DNA from: Massalongia carnosa
Lineage: Eukaryota
Assembly: GCA_965645245.1 (NCBI GenBank)
Contig: OZ287070.1
Span: 496,001-560,000 of the forward strand
Direction: 5' to 3'
DNA: 64,000 bases
Shown here: positions 12,374 through 24,917 of the stretch, piece after piece
Layout: the number at the start of each line of letters is the position of its first letter
Position numbering within the stretch: position 1 is the stretch's first letter
Program-made: the position numbers and the translations under genes
Notes under the pieces: model-generated
Databases searched by the model: none
What the model was told of the DNA's origin: nothing
What the model saw: the letters and a program-made list of their open reading frames with translations, nothing else

Positions 12374-14521
12374 ATGGAACATACGAAGATAAAGGCCAAA
12401 ATGCCTGTGAGGCAAATACTTATCCTCGGTGAGCACCCGTTAGGGGGCACATGTTGTATCGTTTGTTAAATTTAAGAAACTTGCAGCAATCTGTCGAATT
12501 GCAGAACCCAGTAAGCTGGGCCCTCGCAAAACAATCCCATAAATTGCTGATGGCTGGTCCTAGTTGCCCTTACATCAGTATTTCCCTACCTTGTGAGTGC
12601 ATGCCGGAGACGAATCGGTTTCCAGCTAAGCTGGTATAGCCACAAATGATAGAGAGCTTCAACGTTTCCAAGAACAGCGTTGCCAAATGGGCCGGTATAG
12701 TCTCCGCCGTGTTCTCCCTGAGCCAAGCCATTACCGGCATTCTCTGGGGTTGTGCGTCAGATCGATTGGGACGAAAGCCGACTATTGTCGTTGGTGCGAT
12801 ATGCGCCATGCTAAGTAGCTTGATGTTCGGATTCTCGAAATCTCTGACGTGGGCTATTGTCGCAAGAGCTTTGGCTGGAGCCACGAACGGGAACGTTGGC
12901 ACCTACAGAACCGCGGTGGCGGAGATGATACCCCAGAAAGAATTACAGCCACGGGCCTTCAGTATGATGCCATTGATATATACCACCGGAAGTATATTTG
13001 GCCCCGGCCTTGGAGGCGCCCTTGCGAACCCGGTGGTGAATCATCCCGAAATTTTTGGGAACAGCGCCTTCTTTAGGCAATATCCATATGCATTACCAAA
13101 CATGGCAACAAGTCTACTTTCTCTCGTTGGGGTAGTGACGGGTATTTTGTTTCTGAAGGTAAGGTTCGAACATAATATTAGAAGCACTTAGGACTAAGGT
13201 GTTACGAGGAAACCTTGGATGCGAGGAAGCGTGAACGAGATTACGGTCGAGTGCTTGGGAAAATGCTTGTGCGAGGCTGTAGACGTGTAAAAGCAAAGAT
13301 TATGTGGTCATCTCATGGAGATGAGTCGGCACCTTTACTTTCGAAAGATTCTCAAAGATCGGCTACCTTAACAATACACGACGACGCTGTTGCACATTCC
13401 CGTTCAAGAGTGAAACGCCCATCACCTCCAACTTATCGAGAGGTATGACTCGTCTAGCCTTATATCAATTCATTAGATCCTGGCTTGAGTATTATCAGCT
13501 TATACCGCGATTTAGATTTTCACCCGTCAGACCAATATAAATCTAATTACATACACTTGCCTCTCCTTCCACGCGGTGACGTATGATCAGCTTCTCCCAA
13601 TCTTCATGCATTACCCCCCACAAGAAAACCGCGCTTCGAACCCACAAGTTCGACTCCCGTTTAAGTTCACTGGTGGCTTTGGCATAGACGTAAGTTTCAG
13701 GTGGTTTTGCTCACTCTATTTCCTGCTTTCCACTTACCAAGTTCATTCGTTTTTCCGACTAGTCCGAAAGAATTGGCCTCATCTTCACACTTTATGGCAT
13801 CTGTGGGTTATTCATCCAGTTCATCATCTTCCCTCCAGTGGCCCGCCGGTTCGGCGTTCTCAACAGCCTTAAACTTGCAAGCGTCCTCTTTCCCATCGCT
13901 TACATCCTCACCCCCTTTACCGTTCTCCTCCCTACCTCTAGCCAGCAAACTGCGATGCTCCTTATTCTCCTGCTCAAATGCTGGGCTGTCATCTTCGCTT
14001 TCCCTTGCTCCAGTATCCTACTTACCAATAGCGCCGTGAGTCTTCGAAGTCTAGGCACTCTCAACGGCGTCGCGACGAGTATCAGCGCTGTTGGAAGAGC
14101 AGTTGGGCCAGTATTTGAAGGGTGGATGTTTTCGCTCGGCCTTGAAAACGGGTATGTAATTGTGCCGTGGTGGACCTTGGCAGCGATTGCAGTGCTAGGA
14201 ATGATTCCCGTGTGGTATCTTGTCGAAATGGAGGGATTCGCTGGGGATGACGAAGTGCAGTCGATACACGAGAACGCTGCGGCTGCTGACCCGAGCATAG
14301 ACGATGTCGAGGTTGAGCACGTATCGCAGGCCATCGCAGTCAGGCAGAAGCACAATAAAAATGAAGACGGCTTTAAGAACGATGAAGATGGATTTTTGTC
14401 GATACTGCCGGAGACTGGGAGCTGGATCCCTGATCGGATTGAAGATGCGCTGTCAACGATTAGTCCGTCAAGTCCGCTCGGCTTGAGAAGCACATGGACG
14501 GGGGGCAGCACGACAAACTGA
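12374..14521 (+). CDS. MFS transporter, ZIFL/YCR023C-like (DHA1 type), multi-exon
   Basis: Splicing of short exons gives MEHTKIKAKMPVRQILILAICRIAEPIALTSVFPYLPQMIESF. MFS motif A WGCASDRLGRKP, GSIFGPGLGG and C-terminal SLGTLNGVATS; ~6 GT-AG introns. Confidence 0.88.
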
Positions 14522-15165
14522 TGGAATTTAAGGGCCATCGTGGATTGCGAGGGTTGATGCGAATTCTAGCGAATGGGGTTATTAATTCGACGACAGAGAA
14601 CGGTAGCTAGGGTCGAAAAAAAAGGGGGGGTGGGGGGTTGACCTCTCTAGGCGAACTCCTTTGTTGCTAGAATGGCTGTGTATGCATGCATGAGTTACGG
14701 TTGTTTTATTTTTATTCGTTTATATAGGTATAGGCAAACGGTTAGGGGTGTGTACAAGTTTTGGAACCTAGCATGGAAGTTTCTCTTTACTTTCGCTTAC
14801 CAAAGAACAGTTTTTCTTCTGTTGATGATCCTTTTATTCTTCTTTGGTATCTTGGAAACATCTCTGGTTGTTTTTGTTGTTGTTGTTAATGTTACATTTG
14901 ATCATTTTACCCTTGCTTGGTCCTATTTTTGGGGCAAAGGGAGGAATGTGACGGGGGGAGGCATCTGGTGCGGAATTGATTGGGCATGGAAAAGGGGAGG
15001 AATTAAGGGGGAGGGAAGTTTTGGGAAACTAAGCAGGAAAGAGCTTAGAGTACGACGAGTATTGTAGTGCTTCCTTGGAGCTTTCAATTTCTTGAGGTTT
15101 TTAATTGCGAATCTACCGTGTTCACACATCCTATCGATCCTTTTCATGCACTATAGCTCAAAGCG

Positions 15166-17361
15166 CTATGCTAAACTAAAACTCCTCCCCCCTCCCTTTC
15201 CACAACCCCCCACGACCTCAAACATCCCGACCCCCACCCCCGGATCTAGCAGACTGGCTGGCTGGTACAGAAACGCGCCGACATCGCCGCCCGCATGCTT
15301 CCCCGGCGCCCATGCTACTGGCCCGCACCGGAAATCGTGCTCGCCAAAGAGAGCCGCGCGCATGCTGGGTCGTTTGATAGGTTCTTCCGCAACCGGAGAA
15401 GAGGGGCTCGCGGTGTGGATTCCGGCTTTCGCGAGTTTGGTGGTGTAATATCCACCGCTTGGAAGGGGTTGGTGGAGTTTGGGCGAAGAAAGACGCCGAG
15501 GGATGGGGGTTAGGGGGTGGATAGTGGTGAGAGGTGTGAGAAGATGGGTGGAGGGATTCTGGGAGAAGAGAACACATTGGCTCCCTTTTGGACGGCCGAA
15601 GCTTTGGCTGGTGTCTGGGCGTAGTGTGGCGAGGAGGAAGTGCGTGTTTGGGAGGGTGGTGATTGATGTTAGGAAGGATTTGGGTTTGGTTGTTGAGTTT
15701 GAGGGCGAAACTGACCGAGGGGGTTGAACGGTATGGGCAGAATGATAGAGGACTGCCGGGGGACCACTAAGTGTTGGACGGGGGAGTCGGTGGGAAAGTC
15801 GGCGATAGTTTGTTCGAATAAGGAGGAGATTGACGAAGGTGTTTAGCATGATTGTTACGAAGTCGATGGTTTGGGGGAGAAACGGTTCCTGGGTTAATTT
15901 TGAGGGTACGGAGATGGTGAATTGATGCATGATTGAAGAGTGGTCACCCTGAAAAGCCAGGGAGATTGGAATGGACACTTCATGAGTAGAGATGGCGTGA
16001 GGGTGGATTGCGAGATGAGTGATTTCTCCGCTAGCTGGACCATACATTGCTGTAAGGCCGAAAGAGGGCGGCTTGGCGAATGCACTAGGTAGGAAGTTAA
16101 CCGACGTCTCTAACTTGATAATTCGGGAGGAGTTCCATAGCCTATGGACATTCACTTTCCCATCCTTGGTACCGAAAATCAGCAGGCTTTCTCCGAAATG
16201 GCGATGAGTAACTAAAGGCTTGCCAAGGCCTCCCACCGAGCTCATACTTGAAGATGTGCTATTCGAGCTGCGTGAAATAGGGGTAGACACATGCGCATTA
16301 CCTGAAGATACCGAAGTTGCCAAGGAGGGTGCAAAGAACTTATCAAGCTTGGATAAATCGTCGAAGTTGCCGAAAACACTCCCCCATTTCTGCATGGTCG
16401 ATCCACTCAAGTGCTTTTCCGCTGGAGGGGCTGCCATCGGCTCCTGAGTTTCCTCTAAGACCTCGTCTGCAAGGGTGATCCAGTGGAGGCACCCCTCGTT
16501 GATTCCTGCGGTACTTACTGCACGAATGGCCCGGTTCGTGCGCTGGTTCCATATCCATACTCCAGATTGCTCGGTCGAAATCGCGAGCCAAATATCATCG
16601 CCAGCTTCGGCAGCCACGTTGGGAGAGAATAAGAGATTCGTAACCCTTCCCACAATTTTTGCGCTGAGTCTCGAGCTAGCGAGTGGAAGCAATTTGACGG
16701 TCTGAAAAGTGGGCTTCTTCTGCTCTGTTTCCGGCCCTGGGCTCGATTTCATCATTGTACGCAAATCCTGCTTGATAACCCGGACAGTTCCATCAGTTAG
16801 GCCAACCGCTAGTTTGTTCAAGTTTGAAAATCTCATGCAGGTAAGGCGAGAATCGCTCGCAGCTGCACCCTCGGCAGGTTTCGGCAATTTGACTTTAAAC
16901 GTCCATAGCATTTCGGAGGTATCTGTGTTATAGAAGAAAATTTCTGACAAACCAAAGATGCAAACGGCGAGTAGAGGCTTCCTTGGGTGTAGACCCAATA
17001 GGCCTACGGTAGGTTGATGGCGGTCATGATCCAACAATTGATGGTTTGGCATGTGTTTAATAGGATCGACTCGAGTGTTCGCAAACAAGCTGCCGAGATA
17101 CAAGTCAATGGGAACGTAAAGAAGGTGATTCCAGTAGGCGTATACACCACCTAGTCCGTCCCAACAACGGCGTACCCAGTGAGAATGGGATGGCTTCACA
17201 CCAAATATAGCCGTACTTCCACTCGGTGACGGTTGTGATCCTTCGCTAGTATTCACATCTTCATTGTTCGTATCTCCATTAATGTAAGATGAGCTTTCAA
17301 TCAAAACGGTTGGAAGCGGAGAGATGCCAGGAATCCCCGGTACTATCGACCGGGTAGGCAT
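15166..17361 (-). CDS. 731-aa WD40/beta-propeller protein, possibly a divergent Aladin (AAAS)-like protein
   Basis: Single long ORF with blade-like segments LHPRKPLLAV, LTCMRFSNLNKLAVGLTDGTVRV, VTNLLFSP..WLAISTEQSGVWIWN, LLIFGTKDGKVNVH and GPVAWAPG. The Aladin resemblance is from memory only. Confidence 0.7.
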   Translation of the reverse strand: MPTRSIVPGIPGISPLPTVLIESSSYINGDTNNEDVNTSEGSQPSPSGSTAIFGVKPSHSHWVRRCWDGLGGVYAYWNHLLYVPIDLYLGSLFANTRVDPIKHMPNHQLLDHDRHQPTVGLLGLHPRKPLLAVCIFGLSEIFFYNTDTSEMLWTFKVKLPKPAEGAAASDSRLTCMRFSNLNKLAVGLTDGTVRVIKQDLRTMMKSSPGPETEQKKPTFQTVKLLPLASSRLSAKIVGRVTNLLFSPNVAAEAGDDIWLAISTEQSGVWIWNQRTNRAIRAVSTAGINEGCLHWITLADEVLEETQEPMAAPPAEKHLSGSTMQKWGSVFGNFDDLSKLDKFFAPSLATSVSSGNAHVSTPISRSSNSTSSSMSSVGGLGKPLVTHRHFGESLLIFGTKDGKVNVHRLWNSSRIIKLETSVNFLPSAFAKPPSFGLTAMYGPASGEITHLAIHPHAISTHEVSIPISLAFQGDHSSIMHQFTISVPSKLTQEPFLPQTIDFVTIMLNTFVNLLLIRTNYRRLSHRLPRPTLSGPPAVLYHSAHTVQPPRSVSPSNSTTKPKSFLTSITTLPNTHFLLATLRPDTSQSFGRPKGSQCVLFSQNPSTHLLTPLTTIHPLTPIPRRLSSPKLHQPLPSGGYYTTKLAKAGIHTASPSSPVAEEPIKRPSMRAALFGEHDFRCGPVAWAPGKHAGGDVGAFLYQPASLLDPGVGVGMFEVVGGCGKGGGRSFSLA

Positions 17362-19248
17362 GGCCGAGACAAAAGGCTTGCTTAAGGTTGAGATAGCAAG
17401 AAATAAATAGGGAAGTAGTTGCTGGCAGAACGAAGAAGTGAGGAGAAGAGGAGAAGTAGATACATAGATAAGATATTGTTACCTTACGTAGAGGAGCATG
17501 TGATGAGTATGGCGATTATGATGATGAAGGTGATTGTGCGTTCAAAATAAAGAATAGCCCTACCTCTGCCCTTGAGTTGAACATGGTGCCCTAGAACAAT
17601 AAGGAACCCTAAGTGATACTATTCATCACGACCTACTCATTTCCCTGCCATGCCTTATAATGTAACAAAGTACCATACCAACACCAACGAGCGGCGGATA
17701 CAAGCCCCAGACCGAAAATGATGTCATTGTCGCTGGCGACAGGAGACAATTCACCCCTATTTTAGAAACATCGTCGCCGAGTTGGACGTGGAGAAGGGGT
17801 TCAGCTGTCACAGCTCTTGCAGTGGAAGAGTTCTGTTGCTTTCTGTGCGGCGCTCTTACAGTCTTTTCGTTTCGAGTCCAGGTCTTTAGCCGCTTTGTTA
17901 TGTACGTACTCTATACTTTATACGTCGTGCTCGATGCATGATCGCCAAGGCGTTGGTTTCTTTTTCTACCATCACTGCGATCTCCGATGACAGCTTCGGT
18001 CATCGCCATTTCTCTAGTCACTGCACTGCAGTGGGGCAGCTTATCTCCTCGTGGGATAAGGATGAATTCCTTGGAGATAGCCACTGCTCGTTCAGCGTTG
18101 ATGCTGATGTCGGTTCCAAGGTGCAGTGCCCTAACGAGCACCAAACAGCAAAGCCGGGAGAGAGAAGAAAGTCTAAATGTCCCCAGGGCAAATCAGGGGA
18201 AAGCTTAGGCTGCCATGCTGCTTTTGGTCGACATGGCATGCTTGCTAAGTTCTACTATGGGCCGAGGCGGGAAATGTCATTCGCTGGGACTGGCTGGGAC
18301 TAGCTGGGCATGGTGACCCTCGGACAGTAGTTTAACAGGGAAACCCCTCAGGGATCTGCGCATCGAAAGCTGCTTCGACTGTCAAGATCCCTCAACCCCA
18401 AAGGAGCTCCGTATTCTATTTTGCTTGGTATCAACCCAAAATGCTGACAGCGTCCCTACTTGACGACACCAGCGTTGCAGCAGCCCCACCTTGGCTTCCA
18501 TTTCTGGAAGCTCAATCACGGACCCCTCGGATTGTCGCCCGCGCGAACTGGGTGATCTCCCGCCTTCGTTGACGCTCGTCATATCCTTCAAGGGCACGAG
18601 GAATCGGTCAAACACCATTGGTTTGTATCGCTTTAGGCCTGACTATTCTACAGAAATAAGCGAGATATTCGAAACCTAGTCCTCGCTACGACGTGTGTAA
18701 CCTAGTACGGAGGTACACTGTGTTTTACGCTATTCACCAACTTTTTCTGCAGCGTTCTGCGTCTTCTTTTGCATGTTTTCCTCCTGTGTCGTTACCTATC
18801 AGATTCTTGCAGTCATCTCGACGGCACTATTCTAGACACTCGCGCGCCTACAGAACTGCTGACGCGAGATCCTCTGGTTGTCCGGGTGTTTGGCTTTGTA
18901 TATTCAGGCAACGCAACTGTTTTAAATTTTAAAATCACACATATATATACTGCAAGAACTTAGAGAGGACATTTATTGCGCGGATTTGGGAATTGGAAAG
19001 GCCGTATATATCACTAGAAGAGCAAATAACTCGATTAAAAGCTGACTTTGGGCCAGAAATGCGAAAATAGCTATCTTTGCGATCTGTCGGATTGTCTATA
19101 GGGCGTTGATTATTTACTACCTATTTCATGAAGGCAACCTACAGATGCACGTACCTTGAGAGATGCTACCGATCCTTCGGTACTCTCTCCATCCTCCATA
19201 ATATACGATAACACCGTTTGGCTCTTTGCTAAAAGACAAAACACTGTC

Positions 19249-22158
19249 ATGCGGCGTCATAGAGGCTCGGGTGGTACCACCTTTGCGAGCAGGGCAAACG
19301 CAGCGCCCATACCAGATGCGTTATCTTTGATCAGGTCGTTCAACTCGGAGACAAACCCATCGAGACCGATTCGGCCGTCGCCTCTGACAGCATCGACGAT
19401 TCATGGGATGCCACTGGACTTGCTGGACCGCATTCGAACATTTCCTCTCTTCCTATCCGCCCCAGATTCGTTTCTTGCGGCTATCGGAAAACATTTACGG
19501 CCTCAGCTGCATTCGCCGCATGACTACATTTTGACCGAAGGTGATGACGCTAGAGCTATGTATTGGCTGGTCCGTGGAGCCGTTGCTGTTACTTCAAGAG
19601 ACGGGGAAAGTACATTTGCGGAACTGAAGCCGGGGGCTTTCTTTGGCGAAATTGGGGTTTTGATGGATATACCTCGCACAGCCACGATAATCGCGCGCAC
19701 AAGATGTATGCTTGTTGTTCTCAAAAAGGAGGACCTTACGAAGGAGCTCCCAAGGTTTCCAGAGGTAGAACGAGCTATCAGAGATGAAGCGGCCGAACGG
19801 CTCTCGATTTTGCAGCGGAAAAAGAAGGAGACGCTTGCATCGAAGCAAGTCACGCCGCTTTCGGTGGTGGGTCGAGGTGAGAAAAGAGCTCGTGATGGAG
19901 AAGAGGGTGACATCGTTATGGCCGATTCTCACAGTATCTATTCGAACGGGGCTCAGACAAACAAGAAGCGCAAGTCCCCATCGCCTGGCTTGGTCGAAGC
20001 AGCAGCTTCGAGCGCGCTTGGTGATGGATTGGTCAATGTCCGCCAGCTGTTAAAGGAGCTTCCTCTATTCTCTGGACTACCGCCTGAGATTTTGCATTTT
20101 TTAGGCTTGAATGCTCAACCCTGCAACTATCCTCCATTTACAGACATTATCCAGCAGGATTCACAAGGCCGTGAAGTATTTTTCATTGTTCGTGGGGAAG
20201 TAGAAGTCATTGATGAGAAAGCCCCGGGGCAGAGTCAACGCATGGTTGCCAACGGATCGGGGCGAAACACGAAACGAGGTTTACAAGTTAAAGCTCGATT
20301 GAGACAGGGCCAATATTTTGGAGAAGTTGTTAGTTTATCGTTGGCACCTCGGAGAACCGCTACCGTTCGCTCGGTTTCCTCGGTCGAGTGTCTTATGATT
20401 ACAGGAGACGTTTTAGCCACTTTTTGGACGAGATGTCCTCCCGCAATCAGACAACAAGTTGAGGCCACTGCGAAAGAACGGCTTCAGTCAAAACCTAGAG
20501 ATGACATTGTCATGACCGATGCAGGAGACTTCACGCCCCCTATAGCGGAACTAGCGATTGGGGATCGCAAGACTGCCAGGGGGAAACAGGTGCCTAAAGT
20601 CACGTTCACCCAGAGCAAACCAGAAAGCCCACACAAACCTAGTCGTATCGAAGATCGGCCTATTATTCAGCCTGCTGATCCGGACCCGTTTCTCAACGTG
20701 GATTTGGATAACATTCGATCCAGATCACGCCGAGGTTCTTTAGCTCCCCCGACGCCTTCACCCCCTGATGGCTCACAATCCAACGGTACAGAAAGTCAGA
20801 GTAGACGCTCTTCTCCACCAGGTATACCCTTAACATCTACATCAAACTTAAAATCAAAGCATGCGATTACTCCACCGGATAGCCATCTAAAGCTGAAACG
20901 CCCCAAAACTTCTCCTCGATGTGTAAGCGAATTCAGCCAAGGACCTTTCCCCAACAACATTTTAATCTTGATTTTCAAGTACCTTGAGTTGCATCATCTA
21001 ATGCGTCTTCGATCGGTTTCGTTACATTGGTCGAAATTGCTAAAAGAATCACCCGATTTACTACAGATATTAGATCTCGCCATGTACAACAGGATTGTAA
21101 CTGATGACGTTCTCATAACACGCATTTGTCCGTTTGTTGGAGCACGACCTCGTGTGGTTGATATAAGTAACTGTTTTCATATTACCGATGAGGGCTTTGC
21201 AGCCTTAGCGAACACTTGCGGTGGTAATGTCACGGCGTGGAAAATGAAGAGCGTTTGGGATATCACGGCACAGGCAGTTCTGGAAATGGCAAATAGAGCC
21301 AAGAGCCTTGAAGAAGTAGATCTGAGTAATTGCCGCAAAGTGAGCGACAACTTGTTGGCCCGAGTCGTCGGCTGGGTGGTTCAAGGATCGCCTCCGAACA
21401 GCAATCACCAGAACCTTCATGGGAGGCAAGCTGCGGCGAGATCTGTTGGTGCACCAGTCCAAACCCAGCCTCTTCCTGGTACCGTTTTCGGATGCCCGAA
21501 GCTAAAGAAGTTAACCTTATCATACTGTAAGCATGTTACTGATAGATCTATGGCGCATATGGCATATCATGCGGCCTCGAGGCTCGAACAGATCGACCTA
21601 ACACGCTGTACGACAATAACAGACCAAGGCTTCCAGCATTGGGGTCAGTTCCAATTCCTAAGGCTGACGAAACTATGCCTCGCTGATTGCACGTACCTAA
21701 CTGACAATGCCATTGTATTTTTAACAAATGCAGCCAAGGGCCTCCGAGATCTTGATTTGGTGAATTCTACTTTTCGAGGAATGGGCTGGAGTATTCGCTG
21801 ACTGTTGCCGTAGTCATTCTGTTGCGCTCTCTCAGACACTGCTACCGAAGTTCTCGCCCTTGGCTGTCCGCAGCTTCGAAAGTTGAACCTTTCTTTCTGT
21901 GGGAGTGCGGTATCGGATTCATCGCTCCGAAGCATTGGTCTTCACCTCCTTGAGCTTCACGAACTTTCCGTTAGAGGATGCGTCCGAGTCACTGGAGTAG
22001 GGGTGGAGGCCATAGTGGATGGTTGTCACAAACTGAATGCGTTTGACGTCAGCCAGTGCAAGAATCTCGCCAAATGGCTAGAGAATGGTGCCATGCAACG
22101 GTTCGAAAATAGAGTGAGGTTTAAAACAGTGGCAGCAAATGCAAGAAAGGCACGATAA
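19249..22158 (+). CDS. Two cyclic-nucleotide-binding domains + F-box + leucine-rich repeats
   Basis: cNMP cassettes FFGEIGVLMDIPRTATI and YFGEVVSLSLAPRRTATV; F-box PNNILILIFKYL..LRSVSLHW; Cys-containing LRRs (LSNCRKVSD, LSYCKHVTD); intron 21760-21813. Confidence 0.92.
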
Positions 22159-22574
22159 CACGATTTTGTTCGATAGCCGTCCGCGCGGTAATTTTCGGAA
22201 GGGGGCTTTTGCTGTAGATTCTGGCATTTCAGCGACTGAAGACGGGATTATGATGACATGTGGCATTTACATATTATGACCTGAATGGAGAGGCTGATTT
22301 GATAATATCAAGTCTATCCTGTATCACGACTCCTTGTTTCAATACCTGTGTTAAAGGATTATGGTTACATACAGTGATTTAGCAGCGTTTTAATCGTCTT
22401 CTGATTACGGTATATCTTACAGAGTAAATACCATCGTCGGATTTCGGGTGATGTAGCCGTTGAGCCGCTGCCGTCATATCTTTACCCTTCGATCTCTTTC
22501 GATCCTCAACTTCAACACTTTACATTTTTGTAGACGACTTGGCCATCTGTAAAGACTCATCAACCATCCTGATC

Positions 22575-23697
22575 ATGGCGTTTGCCCTCCGCCGACCGTT
22601 TACCCTCTCCGCTGCATTCGTGCGATTACCCAAAACCACCTCATGCGTTGGCCGGGCATTTCATGACTTGCCCCTAAGGCCCAGCAAGCTCTCGACAACG
22701 ACTCTATCCATTTCTTCCCTGACCAAACCTCGACATGTCTATCAGTCGAACTTCCGGCGGACCTATATGCAACAGCCTTATGAAGCTTCGCGTCCCAACA
22801 CAGGCAACCTAACGCAACGTTTGCTCTATGGGGCCGGCATAGTAGGAGCGACTATGGTTGCAACAAATCTTGTCTTCAACCGAGAAACGCGAGAAGACGG
22901 AGGTATGCCTCCATTTGAGCGGCAGTATTTGAATGACACCTTTCTGCATACCGGGTTGGGTGTCGGGATCATCGGGGTGGCGGCTCAGGCTCTACATCGA
23001 AGCGGTTGGAGTTACAGGCTTATGGCTACGAACCCATGGGTTGTGGTTGGAGTTAGCTTAGCAGCCAGCATAGGAACCATGACTGCATGTTTCGCAACAA
23101 ACCCCAATAAGTACAAGTTTAGAAGTCTGAACTTCAGGGGTGGTAGCTAACCGTATTTTAGTTATGTTCAGAAATACGCGTTGTGGGGGGGGTTTAATCT
23201 TGCCCAAGCTGCCGTGCTATCGCCACTTCTTTTCCTACAGCCAGCCCTCCTGGCTCAAGCCGGCCTCTACACTGTTGCAATGATGGGCTCCATCGCCTTT
23301 GTGGGGGCGACGGCCAAGCAAGAGAAATACCTCTATCTCGGGGGACCTCTGCTTGCTGGCGTTGCCATCGTTGCCGTGTCCGGGTTTGCTCCGCTTGTCC
23401 TCCCTGCCACTGCAGCTAGAACGCTTATGTGGAGCGAGAGACTTTGGCTTTACGGTGGCCTTGCCGTGTTCGGAGGATTCGTGCTCTATGATACGCAAAA
23501 GATATTGCATCACGCCCGATTAGCGGAACAGGGTCTAATGCAGAAGGACACAGTGAATGAGAGTATCAGTTTGGAGCTAGACTTTTTGAATAGTAAGCAT
23601 ACCCCGCTTCTCAATAAAACCAGTAAACTAATGTTCCCAAGTCTTTATCCGGTTTGTGCAGATCTTGGGGATGAAAGGAAATAACAACCGTAAATAA
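22575..23697 (+). CDS. Bax inhibitor-1 family mitochondrial protein (GHITM/MICS1 type)
   Basis: Arg/Ser-rich presequence; introns 23111-23161 and 23593-23641; motifs YLYLGGPLLAG, LYGGLAVFGGFVLYDTQKI and ESISLELDFLNIFIRFVQIL. Confidence 0.9.
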
Positions 23698-23924
23698 ATT
23701 AAATAAACAAGCGTCTCGGGGGTTTGGAAAGGTATTCCGGGTGGTGGTGGACGGTTTTCTATCAGTTGTATATTTAGTTACGAGCAACATGATCTCGCCC
23801 CTGCCCCTCTCTGGCTCTGGTTGCTCTTCCTTGATATCTTGAGAATCTTGTTGTGTGCCTTATGGGACAGGAGTCCGCCAAAACGCCCTTTCCAGGGGTA
23901 CGGAGTAGAAAACTATTTATCAGC

Positions 23925-24875
23925 TGTCAAAGTGGCCATTACTAAGCGAGCTCGGCCCTCAGCCCTGTCACTCTGTATATAGTCATCTCCCTTTTCTGTA
24001 GTAGCAAGCAAGGTCTTCGCCCATCATCATCTATCTGACAGTTATGAGCCCGGTTGGTCAGCAGTGTTCCGTACACGTTCCGCTACCCTCATTTGATAGA
24101 TAGAAAGAAGCCTTCCTTCACGATAGCTTGACGGAAGCTATTGTGTCGTAAGCCATGTCATCCTTCTTATTCATCACATTAGCCAGATACAACCACGAAG
24201 TAGATACGGGTCGAATAAGCAGACACAAGCCAGAGCCGACACGGGCCAGAGCAGAAACGAGCTGACATCGAGGGACAACGAGCGGGGACGTCAAGCAGAA
24301 ACGAGTCGGACACGAAGCAGAAACGAGCGAGATGTCGGGCAGAAACGAGACTATTACGATAAAGAAGAAAATGACTCCACATCGAGCCTACGAAGGAGAC
24401 GATCAATCAAAAAGCCCTTCGTGCAGGCCAGCATTTATGGCTTAGCATCCACAAAGTAGCTACACTTCGGCCCCATCGAGGGGGTCTCACTAGCTCAGCC
24501 TGCGAAGGAGATTCAATCAAACAATCTTCAGCAAAAAGCCCTTCGTACAGGCCAACAGCAAAAAGCCCTATCTGCTACGTCCGCGGTAGGCAAACGTCCA
24601 TAGTACTCTTCCTATCCACCCACGAGGTCTACGAATGAGTGCTGGTTGTGGGTTTAATGAGGCTACAAAGCAGGACAACATCGTCAAGGAAGAAACTACA
24701 CAGTCAAGGGATGCTCAATGTCAAGGTGACAGCGAGGCCGACAGCAAGGTCCTTCGCTCGAAGGGGTGTGTCATTACTAAGCGAGCTCGGCCCTCAGCCC
24801 TGTCACTCTGTATATAGTCATCTCCCTTTTCTGTAGTAGCAAGCAAGGTCTTCGCCCATAATCATCTATCTGACA
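23925..24875 (+). mobile_element. Non-autonomous mini LTR retrotransposon (TRIM), Copia-type
   Basis: LTRs 23925-24040 and 24769-24875 (TGTCA..TGACA; one substitution plus a 9-bp indel). 5-bp TSD TCAGC at 23920-24 and 24876-80, PBS-like GTTATGAGCCC at 24041, purine tract GAAGGGG before the 3' LTR; no gag/pol ORF. Confidence 0.9.
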
Positions 24876-24917
24876 TCAGCTAGAGGGGAATTCCCTCCCC
24901 TCTATGACCTGCTATAT

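Noticed and set aside
17626..18679. Cluster of 60-120-aa ORFs between two divergent genes
   Set aside because: No consistent spliced model or motif could be built; a relic cannot be excluded.
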